Source: Acidimicrobiia bacterium
GTDB taxonomy: Bacteria; Actinomycetota; Acidimicrobiia; Spongiisociales; JAENVV01
Length of the DNA: 64,000 bases
Reading direction: 5' to 3'
Assembly (NCBI GenBank): GCA_041577335.1
Contig: JBFGJH010000001.1
Coordinates: 68,221-132,220 of the forward strand
Shown: positions 1-10,401 of the stretch, piece by piece
How positions within the stretch are numbered: the first letter of the stretch is position 1
How the letters are laid out: each line of letters starts with the position of its first letter
The notes under the pieces: model-generated
What the model was told of the DNA's origin: nothing
Databases searched by the model: none
What the model saw: the letters and a program-made list of their open reading frames with translations, nothing else
Position numbers and translations under genes: made by a program

Positions 1-1762
1 TCCAGTAGGAAAAGAATCGTTCGTCGCCGCTACGGACGATTCGCTCCAGTTCGGCGAACGACAGGATGGGTGAGGCGATCTCCATCAGGGCTGCTTGCTG
101 AGGCGTTTCCTCGAGGAGCGAGCCGCGTTTGCCGAGATATGTGCGCAACGACATGACGAGCTTCTCGCGAATCGGATCCATCGGTGGATTGGTGACCTGT
201 GCGAACAGTTGGTGGAAATAGTGACTCAGCCGGCGCGGCGACTCGGACAAACCCGCCAGAGGTGTGTCGTTGCCCATGGAACCGGTAGGGGTTTTTCCGC
301 TCGCCATCGGCTCGAGCACCATGCGCCGGTCCTCGGATGTGTAGCCGAAGACTCGAGAGAACCTCTCGACATCGATCCGTTCTTCGCGCACGTCGTCGAA
401 AGGATCCTGGACATACAGAGTCTCGTTGGAAATCCACTCTCGGTATGGCTTCAGAGTCGACAGCTCACCGAGGATTTCCTCCGAGAACCGCAGGCTGTCC
501 GTGGCGGGATCGAAGTGCACCGCCTCCCCAGGGCCGAGCTGGCCGGTCCGCTCGGCGAGCGCCTCTTCCTCGGGACACACCCCCGCCTCCGAGGCGACTA
601 CGAATACGTTGGGGCTGAGCGCCCAGCGAGCCGGCCGAAGCCCGTTCCGGTCCATTGCCGCCAGCAACGTCTCTCCGTCGGTGGCAGCAATCGCCGCCGG
701 CCCATCCCACGGTTCAGTCAAGAACGCGTGGTACTCGTAGAACGCTCGCAACCCGGGGTCGAGATCCGCCACGTTCTCCCACGCTTGCGGCATGAGCATT
801 TCTTTCGTGTGGGTGACCGTGCGACCCGACCGCATCAACAGCTCGAAGGCGTTGTCGAGGCTCCCTGAGTCAGATTGAGCTGTCTGGAGGAACGGAGCGA
901 GATCGATGGACCGATCCCCCCATAGCGGCGAGGCCGGGTTCACTTCGCGTGCGGCCATCCACGCCCGGTTGGACATGACCGTGTTGATCTCCCCGTTGTG
1001 GGCGAGCGTGCGGGCCGGCTGCGCGATCTCCCAAGCCGGATAGGTGTTCGTGGAATACCGCTGATGGAATATCGCGAATCGGGTCTCGAAGCTCGTGTCA
1101 CGCAGGTCCCAGTAGAAATCGGCCACGAACTCGGCGGCGAAAAGGCCCTTGTATACGAGCGTTCGCCCGGAGGCCGATGCGATGGCAAAACCGGGCAAGT
1201 CCCGTGTCTCCGCCTGACGCTCGCAGTATTTTCGGGCCAGGAACAACCGTCGCTCGAAATCCTCGGCATCCACAGCATCGGCCGGCGCCTCGACCATCAC
1301 CTGCTCGATAGTTGGCATCGACTCACGCGCCCGCTGGCCGAGTTTGGTCACATCAACCGGAACCCGGCGCCAGCCCAGCACGGTGATGTTTTCGAACTCG
1401 AGTGAACCCTCGATGAGCGAACGCGACTCGTCCTCTTGGCCAGGCGTCAAGAAAGCGACCACGACGCCGAGACGGTCTCGTTCGGGAACGGGCAAGCCTC
1501 GGTTGATCAATTCGCGCTCGAAGATCCGATAGGGAATCTCGGTCAAGAGTCCTGCGCCGTCGCCCGTTCCGTCCGCCGCGCGCGCACCCCGATGGTCTAG
1601 CCGCTCGAGACATTCGGTGGCCAGGCGGAGCAATCGATGCGACGGCGCGCCGTCCCGAGTGGCGATGAACCCAACACCACACGCGTCGCGAATCCGGTCT
1701 TGGCCGAACGGTGTCTCAATTGCAGCCCGCACATTGCGGAATCGTTCCACCCGTGCTGTCAC
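1..1762 (-). CDS. gltB: Glutamate synthase large subunit, N-terminal part (runs off the left edge; absent from the ORF track)
   Basis: Manual translation from GTG at 1762 (AGGAGG at 1768-1773) gives RDACGVGFIA, HRGA...GDGAG, VYKGL, HQRYSTNT, AHNGEINT, SDSGSLDN, EPWDGPA and DRNGLRP, the hallmarks of the GltB amidotransferase domain. Confidence 0.95.
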   Translation of the reverse strand, partial: MTARVERFRNVRAAIETPFGQDRIRDACGVGFIATRDGAPSHRLLRLATECLERLDHRGARAADGTGDGAGLLTEIPYRIFERELINRGLPVPERDRLGVVVAFLTPGQEDESRSLIEGSLEFENITVLGWRRVPVDVTKLGQRARESMPTIEQVMVEAPADAVDAEDFERRLFLARKYCERQAETRDLPGFAIASASGRTLVYKGLFAAEFVADFYWDLRDTSFETRFAIFHQRYSTNTYPAWEIAQPARTLAHNGEINTVMSNRAWMAAREVNPASPLWGDRSIDLAPFLQTAQSDSGSLDNAFELLMRSGRTVTHTKEMLMPQAWENVADLDPGLRAFYEYHAFLTEPWDGPAAIAATDGETLLAAMDRNGLRPARWALSPNVFVVASEAGVCPEEEALAERTGQLGPGEAVHFDPATDSLRFSEEILGELSTLKPYREWISNETLYVQDPFDDVREERIDVERFSRVFGYTSEDRRMVLEPMASGKTPTGSMGNDTPLAGLSESPRRLSHYFHQLFAQVTNPPMDPIREKLVMSLRTYLGKRGSLLEETPQQAALMEIASPILSFAELERIVRSGDERFFSYW

Positions 1763-1793
1763 GGCTACCTCCTCGGAACCGAGCAGTTTACTC

Positions 1794-1809
1794 GAATATG
1801 CGCATACTC
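1794..1809. promoter_or_regulatory. Near-palindrome GAATATGCGCATACTC just upstream of a candidate gltB -10 (TAAACT, minus strand 1785-1790)
   Basis: Perfect 10-bp core TATGCGCATA (1797-1806); the 16-bp element has one mismatched pair. Confidence 0.35.
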
Positions 1810-1830
1810 CGCCTTCGGTCAACCGTCGCC

Positions 1831-2289
1831 CTACGACGGAAGTGTCTCCAGGTCATCGAGATAGGCGACCTCCGCGGCCACGTCGGCTGCGGATCGCCCG
1901 TCGACCTCGACCAGAGCAAACTCGCCAATCGTTCCGCGCGGCGGAACCGAATCGGAGCCTCCGACCCAGATCACCCGTCGAGGTTGGGCCATCTCGATGG
2001 CCTCAACCCACGCAGAGAAGACGTCGTTGCGCGTGGTGGCGAACGCTCGCTCTCGATGGTCCTCGGCTGCGGCGGTCAGAAAGACGATCGAGAAGCAGTT
2101 GAGGGCAGCTCCACCAACGTGCGACCCGTCGGATACATCACCGAGGGCAACCTTCACCCCGTGCGATCGAAGATCGGAGGCTTGATCAGGCGATGAGACG
2201 AACGCGCGAATCTCCCCGGCTCGCTCAGACAAGCTCTCCATGACGAGCAGTCCAATCGGCGTGTCTGCACCAACAACCAGAACGGGCAT
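1831..2289 (-). CDS. Short NAD(P)-binding Rossmann/NmrA-like protein
   Basis: MPVLVVGADTPIG...VKVALGDVSD, an atypical SDR-like N-terminus; TATGGT sits 6 nt before the ATG at 2289 (leaderless). Confidence 0.7.
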   Translation of the reverse strand: MPVLVVGADTPIGLLVMESLSERAGEIRAFVSSPDQASDLRSHGVKVALGDVSDGSHVGGAALNCFSIVFLTAAAEDHRERAFATTRNDVFSAWVEAIEMAQPRRVIWVGGSDSVPPRGTIGEFALVEVDGRSAADVAAEVAYLDDLETLPS

Positions 2290-2327
2290 GGCACAACCAT
2301 AGAAGGGAGGGCCGGAAGGTAGGAAAC

Positions 2328-2966
2328 CTACTTGAAGGGGGTGTCGCCCTCTTCGATCTCGTTCTCGAGCAGATAGCGCTCGAAGGATTCGACGAGATCC
2401 ACGTAGGGGTCGAGGGCGGTGTTGAAAATTCGGAGCTCGAAATGCAGGTGCGGCGTGGTTCGTTCGGCATTCCCGCTGTCGCCGAGATACGCAACCACCT
2501 GACCGGCGGCGACCGGATCCCCGACTTCGAGCTCGGGCGCGAAGGCAGCTTCTGCCCCGCCGAGGCCATCGTCGGTCCCCTCGGAGTCGTTGTTGAGGTG
2601 CATGTACCACGTGGAGTAGCCGTTGCCGTGATCGATCACCATGTAGAACCCGGCCCGGGCCCCGTACGTCATGCGGGCAACTCGCCCGTCGGCGGCGGCT
2701 ACAATCGGAGTGCCCCGCTCGGCCAGGAGGTCGTTGCCTTTGTGGCTGCGGCCCTCGCTGCGGGAATGCCCAAACGAGTCCGAGAAGCGGGTTTCTTCCG
2801 ACAGCACTGGAAACACAAGCACAAAACCGTCACTCTCTGCGGTAGTGACCTCAGAGGTGGCGGTTTCGTCGAGGGCGGATTCGTTCTCGTCGGATTGGGC
2901 ACCCACAGGCAGGGCCAGCGCCAAGACAGCGGCGAGTGCCAAAGCCATGAGAACTCTTCGATTCAT
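2328..2966 (-). CDS. Secreted M23 family metallopeptidase
   Basis: Signal peptide, HKGND (HxxxD), YMHL and PHLHFE motifs; GGAG before the ATG at 2966. Confidence 0.9.
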   Translation of the reverse strand: MNRRVLMALALAAVLALALPVGAQSDENESALDETATSEVTTAESDGFVLVFPVLSEETRFSDSFGHSRSEGRSHKGNDLLAERGTPIVAAADGRVARMTYGARAGFYMVIDHGNGYSTWYMHLNNDSEGTDDGLGGAEAAFAPELEVGDPVAAGQVVAYLGDSGNAERTTPHLHFELRIFNTALDPYVDLVESFERYLLENEIEEGDTPFK

Positions 2967-3040
2967 TCTTACTCCCACACCAACTACTTGGTGCCACTTG
3001 AAAATCAAGGGTACTCCAACCGATCATACCTGCAAGGGGT

Positions 3041-3068
3041 AAATCGTCACTTAATGTGAATACCTTTA
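3041..3068 (-). promoter_or_regulatory. Sigma-28/WhiG-like promoter TAAAG-N15-GACGATTT upstream of the M23 gene
   Basis: Matches the TAAA-N15/16-GCCGATAA family consensus; the same motif precedes three SLH genes. Confidence 0.55.
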
Positions 3069-4850
3069 GTTCGAAACTGGCGGGGTTTCGGATGTCCACA
3101 CCGCAACCAGCTCGGCATACGGGCCACCCAGAGCGATCAGCTCGTCGTGAGTGCCCTCCTCGGCGATCCTGCCTCCTTCCATCACCACGATCCGATCTGC
3201 CCGTCGAGCCGTTTCGAGCCGGTGGGCGATAACGACAGCCGTCCGACCTTCCAGAAGACCACTCATCGCGACCTCTACTCGTTGCTCGGTCTCCGGGTCG
3301 AGGTTCGACGTCGCTTCGTCGAGGACAATGACAGAGGGGTCGGCAACCAGGGCCCTCCCTATTGCTACGAGCTGGCGCTCGCCAGACGACAAGCGGCTCC
3401 CGCGCTCCCCAACCTCGGTATCGAGGCCGTCGGGAAGCTCGTCGATCCAATCGGCGAGGCCGACCGAGTGAGCAACCTCTTCGAGCAGGCGGTCGGTGGC
3501 GGTCGGGTCGGCATACGCCAAGTTCTCGCGGATCGTTCCTGAGAACAGAAACCCCTCTTGGGGAACCATCACCACGGCCCTGCGGAAATCGTGACCGGCC
3601 AGATCGGCAACAGGCACCCCGTCGAGGGTCACCGTTCCGGCGTCTGGGTCGTACCAACGGGCGGCCAGCTTGGCGACCGTGCTCTTGCCGGCTCCCGTGG
3701 CGCCCACCACGGCGACCCGCTCGCCGGCCGCAACCTTGAGGTCGAATCCGTCCAATATGGGAGTATCGGCTGAGTAGCCGAATCGCACCCCGGTGAACGC
3801 CATCGTTCCGACGACATCGTCGATGGTGACCGGCGCCAGCGGCTCAGGGACGGCGGATGTTCGGTCGAGGACCGTGAACAGCTTCGCCAGGGAAGCCATT
3901 GCCGCCTGCAAGAGGTTGTAGATGTTGCTCAGTTGGATGATCGGCTCAAAGAACCAATTCAGATACAACAGGAAGGCGATGAGCACACCGAGTTGCAGCT
4001 GACCGTCGAGAACCAGCGAGCCGCCGTAGAAGAGGATGACCCCGATGCCAACCGTCCGAAGGAAGTCGACCGACGGGAAATAGACCGAGATGGCCCGCGC
4101 CGCCACCACGTTGGCTTCGTAGTACTTCTGGTTGACTCGGCCGAACTCGACGGATTTCCGCTCCTCTTGGCCATATGCCTGTACGACTCGCACCCCCGAA
4201 AGGCCTTCCTGAATGGCTCCCAGGACCTGGCCGATGTACTCCCTCACATCGCGATAGGCGACATCGACCGCCCGCCGAAACAACACCGAGAACATGATCA
4301 GAAAAGGCACCAGCCCGAGCACCGCCAGCGCCAGGCGAACATCGGTGACAAACAACGCCACCGTGACGCCCGCCACCGTCAACACCGATGTCAGCACGTT
4401 GACCGCACCTTCCTTGGCGAATTCGGTGAGCGCTTCGATGTCGGAAGTCATCCGGGCGACCAAAACGCCGGTTTTTGCTTTGGAGAAGTAGTCGAGGTCG
4501 AGGTTGATGAGATGCGAGAAAGCATCGACTCGCAACTCGCGGAGAACCCGCTCACCAACCCCCGATACCCAAAACAGCGCAAAGGCCTGCGATACATATT
4601 GGATAGCCACCACCGCCGTCAGCCACATGCCCATCTGGGCGACGACGCTCCGGCTGCCGGCCAGCATGCCTTCGTCGACCGCCCGCTGCACGAGCGGTGG
4701 AATGGCGATCCGCGCCAGCGTGGCGAGAATGGCGGCGGCCGCACCTCCCAATGCAGGAACGAGCAGATGGCGCCCATAGGGCGCAACCTTGCGCAGCAAT
4801 TCCCATGCCGAGAGGGAGCGATCGTCGCCGGAGCCGAATCGGGCGTACAT
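3066..4850 (-). CDS. ABC exporter, fused permease/ATP-binding subunit
   Basis: TM domain plus GATGAGKST, LSSGERQ and VLDEATS. Confidence 0.93.
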   Translation of the reverse strand: MYARFGSGDDRSLSAWELLRKVAPYGRHLLVPALGGAAAAILATLARIAIPPLVQRAVDEGMLAGSRSVVAQMGMWLTAVVAIQYVSQAFALFWVSGVGERVLRELRVDAFSHLINLDLDYFSKAKTGVLVARMTSDIEALTEFAKEGAVNVLTSVLTVAGVTVALFVTDVRLALAVLGLVPFLIMFSVLFRRAVDVAYRDVREYIGQVLGAIQEGLSGVRVVQAYGQEERKSVEFGRVNQKYYEANVVAARAISVYFPSVDFLRTVGIGVILFYGGSLVLDGQLQLGVLIAFLLYLNWFFEPIIQLSNIYNLLQAAMASLAKLFTVLDRTSAVPEPLAPVTIDDVVGTMAFTGVRFGYSADTPILDGFDLKVAAGERVAVVGATGAGKSTVAKLAARWYDPDAGTVTLDGVPVADLAGHDFRRAVVMVPQEGFLFSGTIRENLAYADPTATDRLLEEVAHSVGLADWIDELPDGLDTEVGERGSRLSSGERQLVAIGRALVADPSVIVLDEATSNLDPETEQRVEVAMSGLLEGRTAVVIAHRLETARRADRIVVMEGGRIAEEGTHDELIALGGPYAELVAVWTSETPPVSN

Positions 4851-6598
4851 CAGACCATCTCGGTCTCGTCGACGAGCACTTCCGCATAACGAGGAATCGT
4901 CGCCAGCAGCTGCTCATGAGGGCCTGTGGCGGCCACAACGCCTCCGTCGAGAAACACCACCTCGTCGACGAGGCGCAGCGTCGCCGGACGATGCGCAACG
5001 ACGATGGTGGTCCGGCCACGCATCACCGACCGCATTGCCTGTCTGATTTCTTCTTCGGTCACGGCGTCAACCGACGACGTTGCGTCGTCGAGGATCAGCA
5101 CCCGTGGGTCACGCAGCACGGCCCTTGCGAGAGCGATTCGCTGACGCTGTCCGCCCGACAGCGAAAAGCCTCGCTCGCCGACAACGGTGTCGTAGCCCTC
5201 CGGGAGATCCTTGATGAACTCATCCGCCTGCACGAGCCGCGCGGCGAGACGGACCTGCTCGTCGGTCGCATCGGGCGTCCCGAAGGCGATGTTGTCGCGA
5301 ATCGAGGCGGAGAAGAGGAATGGGTCCTCGAAGGCGACGGCCACCAGGCTCCTGAGATCCTCGAGGCGAAGGCACGAGACATCCACCCCGTCGATCGTGA
5401 CCGATCCCGAGGTGGGGTCATAGAAGCGCGGAACCAGGTGCGCCAGGGTCGTCTTTCCTGCGCCGGTCGCCCCCACGATGGCAACCGACCGACCCGGGGA
5501 GATCGACAGATCCACGGACCTGAGGACCGGCGGACCGTCCCCATACGAGAAGTGGACGTCGTGGAACTCCACCCGGCCGGTTCCGATGGGCACCGGCTCG
5601 GGGTGATCGGTATCAACGATCTCAGGAGCCGTATCGAGCAGGTCGATCACCCGGATGCTCGATGCCGAAGCCCGCGGCAGCTCGGCGAAGAACCAGCCGG
5701 TCAGACGCAGCGGGAAGTTGAGGATGACCGTGTATTCGAGGAAAGCTGCGACATCTCCGGGAGTCATCTCTCCCTCGATCACTCGAAACCCACCAATGAG
5801 GACGATCGCCACCGAAGCCAAAGGCGCGATCAGCTCGAACATGGGCACGAAGATCGCCCGATTTCGGATCAACATGATCGACGAGGCGAAGATCGATTCG
5901 GCTGTTTCTCGGACGCGCCCGGTCTCGCGCTCCTCAGCACCGTACGAGCGGACGACTCTGACGCCAGAAATGGCATCCTCGATCCGAGAGGAGTGGTCGG
6001 CGAGCAGTTGCTGGAGGCCAAAAGAGATATCGATCGTCCGGCGGGCGTACAGATTGGCGAGGAGCAGAAGCACCGGTATGGACGCCGAGACGATCAAACC
6101 CATGACCGGATCGAGTGAGATCATGACCACCATCACGGCCACGAACATCACCAGATTGGCAATCGTGATCGGGAGCATCGCAAAGATGAGGCGTACCTGG
6201 CTCAGATCGCTGCTCGCTCGAGACATGAGCTCACCGGCAGGTGTCTGATCGTGATACGCAAAGGCCAGTCGCTGTGAGTGGTCGAAAACTCGGTTTCGTA
6301 GCTCCGTTTCTGTGCGATAGCTCAGCAGAAACGCAAAGAACCGGCGGCCCCCAACGCCGAGCGCCTTCAGTAACCCTGCCGCCAAGAGCAGGCCAACCAA
6401 CGGAACCAGGAGGTCTTCGTTACCGCCGTCGATGGCCCGGTCGATCACGGTTCTCGAGAGCAACGGCACCGCGATGACCATTGCCATCCACAGCAATGCC
6501 GACCCAACCGACAGTATGGACACCCGTCGCTGTTGGAGAAGCATCGAGAACAGCATTCGCACCCCGCGGCGCGTGTCGGCATCGAACATTTCCGCCAT
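4850..6598 (-). CDS. ABC exporter, fused permease/ATP-binding subunit (heterodimer partner)
   Basis: TM domain plus GATGAGKTT, LSGGQRQ and ILDDATS; its stop overlaps the next start; start placed at MAEMFD. Confidence 0.93.
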   Translation of the reverse strand: MAEMFDADTRRGVRMLFSMLLQQRRVSILSVGSALLWMAMVIAVPLLSRTVIDRAIDGGNEDLLVPLVGLLLAAGLLKALGVGGRRFFAFLLSYRTETELRNRVFDHSQRLAFAYHDQTPAGELMSRASSDLSQVRLIFAMLPITIANLVMFVAVMVVMISLDPVMGLIVSASIPVLLLLANLYARRTIDISFGLQQLLADHSSRIEDAISGVRVVRSYGAEERETGRVRETAESIFASSIMLIRNRAIFVPMFELIAPLASVAIVLIGGFRVIEGEMTPGDVAAFLEYTVILNFPLRLTGWFFAELPRASASSIRVIDLLDTAPEIVDTDHPEPVPIGTGRVEFHDVHFSYGDGPPVLRSVDLSISPGRSVAIVGATGAGKTTLAHLVPRFYDPTSGSVTIDGVDVSCLRLEDLRSLVAVAFEDPFLFSASIRDNIAFGTPDATDEQVRLAARLVQADEFIKDLPEGYDTVVGERGFSLSGGQRQRIALARAVLRDPRVLILDDATSSVDAVTEEEIRQAMRSVMRGRTTIVVAHRPATLRLVDEVVFLDGGVVAATGPHEQLLATIPRYAEVLVDETEMV

Positions 6599-6611
6599 CA
6601 GGGCCTGCCCA

Positions 6612-7538
6612 CTAATCCGCCGCCAGTTCGCGTTCCATCGCCTCCAAGCCCAACGAGATCTCCTCGGATGGCGGACCTTCCCAGCCGTCTTTGCGCCGCT
6701 GGCGACGGCGCGCAAAGGACGCCGCAAATGACGCGGCGATGATGATCACGTACGCGATGAGGTAGAGCCAGAGCAACAGGATCGCAAACACACCAAACAC
6801 GGCGATTGTTCCGCCCCTCGCCCCGATTCTGTCGAGCGCCAGCCGAAACAGGAGCGAAACGCCGATCGCTCCGACCGTGGACAAGACCGACGCCAGCCAC
6901 ATTCCAGGGAGCCTGCGCGGGGGCCCGAAGCGATACAGGGCCACGAGGAACAGCAGCACGCCAATGAAGCCGAGAGGAAGCGATAGCGCTTCCCACACCT
7001 GAACGATCCAACGAGCGTCCACCAATTCGTTGAGCCAATCTGTGACGGACTCACCGGCGACAACCAGCACGGCGCTGGAAGCCAGCGCCACAACGGCTCC
7101 GAGCGTGAGGACCAGGCTGATGAGGCGAAACTTCCACCACGAGCGATCGTCGTCCATCTCCTCGATCCGAGCCAACACCCGTTGCAGTGTGGTCACCGCC
7201 CGCGTCGCCAGGAAGAGTGACACGAGCACGGAGATCGGGAAAAGGAACCCTTGCGACTCACGCACACTCATCGCCACGTCCGGCAAAAGGGACTCTGACA
7301 CGAATTCGGACACACTTGGCGGGGCGATTTGGTCGAGGACCTGTCTGGTCTGCTCAATCGCCTCGTCATCACGCCCAAAGACCGATGCGGCGGCCAGGAC
7401 GGCGGCGATGCCGGGCACAAAGGCGAAGAACAGGTTGTACGCCACCGCGGCCGCCAGGACACTGGGACCTGCGGCCGTGAATCGTTTCCAGAATCGCACA
7501 GCTGGAAACCGATCAAACGGGCTGGGAGCTTCGCTCAT
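6612..7538 (-). CDS. YihY/virulence factor BrkB family membrane protein
   Basis: AAAVAYNLFFAFVP, LYRFGP and LLLWLYL motifs; multiple TM segments. Confidence 0.85.
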   Translation of the reverse strand: MSEAPSPFDRFPAVRFWKRFTAAGPSVLAAAVAYNLFFAFVPGIAAVLAAASVFGRDDEAIEQTRQVLDQIAPPSVSEFVSESLLPDVAMSVRESQGFLFPISVLVSLFLATRAVTTLQRVLARIEEMDDDRSWWKFRLISLVLTLGAVVALASSAVLVVAGESVTDWLNELVDARWIVQVWEALSLPLGFIGVLLFLVALYRFGPPRRLPGMWLASVLSTVGAIGVSLLFRLALDRIGARGGTIAVFGVFAILLLWLYLIAYVIIIAASFAASFARRRQRRKDGWEGPPSEEISLGLEAMERELAAD

Positions 7539-7642
7539 ACGTGCAGTCAGGTTAGGTCACCGAGCGGTTCGTCACGCGCAACTCAGGCGCGCATGTGAGT
7601 CGGGGACTAACGACAACCGAGGAGCGGCCGTACGATGTGCCG

Positions 7643-8263
7643 ATGCCGACTCCACAGCGTCTGAGGATGTTTCCTCTCGGCAGCGTGCTGTTTCCTTCGA
7701 TGGTTCTGCCGTTGCATGTTTTCGAGCCGCGCTATCTGCAAATGATCTCCGAATGCGAGGACGCTGACGAACCCTTCGGAGTCGTCCTGATCGAGCGGGG
7801 TTTTGAAGTCGGAGGCGGTGATCAGCGTCACACCGTGGGGACCATGGCCCGCATCCTCGAGACTGCGGCGCTGGACGAGGGAAGGCGGGCGCTCGTAGCC
7901 GTCGGCACCAATCGATTCAGGGTCACCGAATGGCTCGAAGACGACCCGTATCCCCAAGCGCAGGTCACTGGTGTTCATCGGCCCGCCGTCGATACCCGCC
8001 TGCCGATCGATGAACTCGACCGTCTGCTGCGCAGGCTGCTGGCTGTGCTGAGCGAGGCGGGCGTTGACGTCGGCAATATCGACTACGAGCTCTCGACCGA
8101 TCCGGAGCTTGCGGTTGATCAACTCAGCACCCTGGCTCCTCTCGGCGCGTTTGACAGCCAACTCCTTCTGGAGACCGGCACGGCCGCCGAACAAGCCGAC
8201 CTGCTTGCCACCATGCTCGCCGAGGCCACAGAGATGCTCAAAGCTCAGATGGGCGGCTCCTGA
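7643..8263 (+). CDS. LON peptidase N-terminal substrate-binding domain protein
   Basis: MFPLGSVLFPSMVLPLHVFEPRY...FGVVLIERG; TACGAT 6 nt before the ATG. Confidence 0.88.
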   Translation: MPTPQRLRMFPLGSVLFPSMVLPLHVFEPRYLQMISECEDADEPFGVVLIERGFEVGGGDQRHTVGTMARILETAALDEGRRALVAVGTNRFRVTEWLEDDPYPQAQVTGVHRPAVDTRLPIDELDRLLRRLLAVLSEAGVDVGNIDYELSTDPELAVDQLSTLAPLGAFDSQLLLETGTAAEQADLLATMLAEATEMLKAQMGGS

Positions 8264-9591
8264 GCCGATCCGCCGGAGGCCACAGCCGGCACACCAACCG
8301 TGAAGATGGTGGCCGACTCGGTGGACTCAACCGCTACCGAGCCTCCGTGGCGGTCCACGATCTCCTTCACGATTGCCAGGCCCAAGCCCGTTCCGCCACG
8401 ATCCGACGACCGAGCTTCGTCGAGGCGGCTGAAGCGCTGAAACAAGTGCGAAAACTGGTCCGGCGGTATGGGGGGACCGTCATTGCCGACCACCAAGTAG
8501 GCAACTGCGTCGGCTTCGAAAGTCTCCAGCCAAACACGGCTGCGAGCGTGGCGCACGGCATTGTCGGCGAGGTTGGCGGCGACTCGAGCGAACTGGGCGG
8601 CGTCTCCAACAGCCTGAGCTGCCCCGATCCCGCCCGTGTCAACGGCGACTGCTCCACTGCGCCTGATATTGGCGGCAGCCAGCAACGCCAGATCATCGAG
8701 ATCCACCCGATCCGCACCCGGCGACACGACCCCGGCGTCTGCTCGAGCGAGCAAGAGGAGATCGTCGATGAGGCGCTGCAGGCCAACCGTCTCCTCCAGG
8801 ACGCTCGCGAGCAGAGGCGATTGGCCGGCCGAGTCGACGTCCCCCGCACCCACCTCCACTTCGGTGCGGATTCTCGTCAGTGGTGTGCGCAGCTCATGCG
8901 ACGCGTCGGCAACGAACCGTCGCTGACGGTCGATGGCGACATCGATTCTCTCCAACATCTCATTCATGGTTCTCGCCAAGCGACCGATTTCGTCGTCTGT
9001 GCTTGGTTCTGACACCCTCCTGCCTCGGTCTCCGCTGATCGTGGCGACTTCCCGGCGGATGCGTTCCACCGGCTGGAGCGTGCGGCCAACCATCCACCAC
9101 ACGAGCGCAGCCAGCGTCGCCACGACGAATGGCACCAGCACTGCCGCAGCCACGACGAGGGCTCTCGTACTGTCGCCCACATCCTCGCCACTGATGCCCA
9201 CGTGCAGAACAAGCTCCCCCGACGCGGCCGGGATTCGCCTGCTGAGCACTCGGAAGGCGTCGTCGTCGATCGGCAGCACCTGAATGGTGACTGCTTCGAT
9301 TCCCGAAGGCACCGGCGCGATCGGCGCCAGGTTCGACAACCCTTCGGTGGCCTGGCGGACCGTACCGTCGGCCGACGTGATCTGGGCGACGGTCTCAGAA
9401 GACAGCAGGCGGTCGACGTCGGGCGCGCCGTCGCCGACGAGCGCGTTCGCCTCGAGACGGAGCGCGTCATCGATACCGGCATTCAGCTGACGGCTTTGGA
9501 GAGTCACCAGCGCAGCCGCAGTGACGACCAGGACCAACGCGATCACAGCTGTAGCCAACGCCGTGATCCGAAAGCGGATCGTGGATCGCAC
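8245..9591 (-). CDS. Sensor histidine kinase (HAMP-HisKA-HATPase)
   Basis: ADASHELRTPL, NLADNAVRH and GTGLGLAIV; two TM segments; GTG at 9591 just after the regulator stop. Confidence 0.92.
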   Translation of the reverse strand: MRSTIRFRITALATAVIALVLVVTAAALVTLQSRQLNAGIDDALRLEANALVGDGAPDVDRLLSSETVAQITSADGTVRQATEGLSNLAPIAPVPSGIEAVTIQVLPIDDDAFRVLSRRIPAASGELVLHVGISGEDVGDSTRALVVAAAVLVPFVVATLAALVWWMVGRTLQPVERIRREVATISGDRGRRVSEPSTDDEIGRLARTMNEMLERIDVAIDRQRRFVADASHELRTPLTRIRTEVEVGAGDVDSAGQSPLLASVLEETVGLQRLIDDLLLLARADAGVVSPGADRVDLDDLALLAAANIRRSGAVAVDTGGIGAAQAVGDAAQFARVAANLADNAVRHARSRVWLETFEADAVAYLVVGNDGPPIPPDQFSHLFQRFSRLDEARSSDRGGTGLGLAIVKEIVDRHGGSVAVESTESATIFTVGVPAVASGGSAQEPPI

Positions 9592-9592
9592 T

Positions 9593-10270
9593 TCAGCCCC
9601 CGTCGACGGCCAGCCGGTAGCCCGCCCCGCGAACTGTCTGAATGGAGCGCCGATCGAATGGCTCGTCGATACGGGTGCGAAGGCGGCGGATGTAGACCTC
9701 GACGATGTTCGGATCGCCGTCGAAATCGTACGACCACACGCCGTCGAGAATCTCACCCTTGGAGAGGACCTGACCGGCCCGTCGCATGAGGAATTCGAGG
9801 ACGTCGAACTGGCGAGCGGTGAGCGACACCTCGTCGCTGCCACGCCATACGCGTCGCTGGCCGGGATCGATCCGCAGGTCGCCGGCAGTCAGCGGATCTG
9901 GTTCCTGTCCAGCGGCACGCCTCAGCAGGGCTCGTACTCGAGCAGTGAGCACTACGAAAGAGAACGGCTTGGTGAGGTAATCATCGGCGCCGGTGTCGAG
10001 CGCTTCGGCTTCGTCGAGATCACCGTCTTTGGCGGTGAGCATCAGGATGGGTGTCCAGTCATCGGCCTTGCGTAGATCACCACAGATCTGATAGCCATTC
10101 CGGCCCGGAAGCATGATGTCGAGGACGATCAGGTCGTAGCTTCCCTCCGTCGCCAGCCACAGACCGTCGAGGCCGTCGAAGGCGACGTCGACAGTGAAGC
10201 CTTCAGCCTCCAGTCCCCGTTTCACCCCAACGGCAATCTTGCGGTCGTCCTCTACGAGAAGCAGCTTCAT
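9593..10270 (-). CDS. OmpR-family response regulator
   Basis: LLLVEDD, LDIMLP, ADDYLTKPF and the wHTH tail IQTVRGAGY. Confidence 0.95.
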   Translation of the reverse strand: MKLLLVEDDRKIAVGVKRGLEAEGFTVDVAFDGLDGLWLATEGSYDLIVLDIMLPGRNGYQICGDLRKADDWTPILMLTAKDGDLDEAEALDTGADDYLTKPFSFVVLTARVRALLRRAAGQEPDPLTAGDLRIDPGQRRVWRGSDEVSLTARQFDVLEFLMRRAGQVLSKGEILDGVWSYDFDGDPNIVEVYIRRLRTRIDEPFDRRSIQTVRGAGYRLAVDGG

Positions 10271-10291
10271 GATGACATTCTCGTCACCTCG

Positions 10292-10349
10292 GCTGACTCC
10301 CCGCTGACAAAACTGAACGGTCGGTCAGCTGAGGTCAGGCGCCAGTCAG
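10292..10349. promoter_or_regulatory. Tandem CTGA(C)/GTCAG repeats between divergent genes; candidate OmpR-type binding sites
   Basis: CTGA at 10293, 10304 and 10313; GTCAG at 10324, 10334 and 10345 (9-11 bp period). Confidence 0.5.
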
Positions 10350-10401
10350 GCCGGGTTTCGTACGTTGACGTCATGACCGACCGACCAGAGAAAGGGTCGA
10401 T

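Noticed and set aside
95..1405. Plus-strand ORFs over gltB and other long antisense ORFs (for example 4697-6118, 54366-55826, 57905-59242)
   Set aside because: Shadow ORFs typical of high-GC DNA opposite genes with clear family motifs
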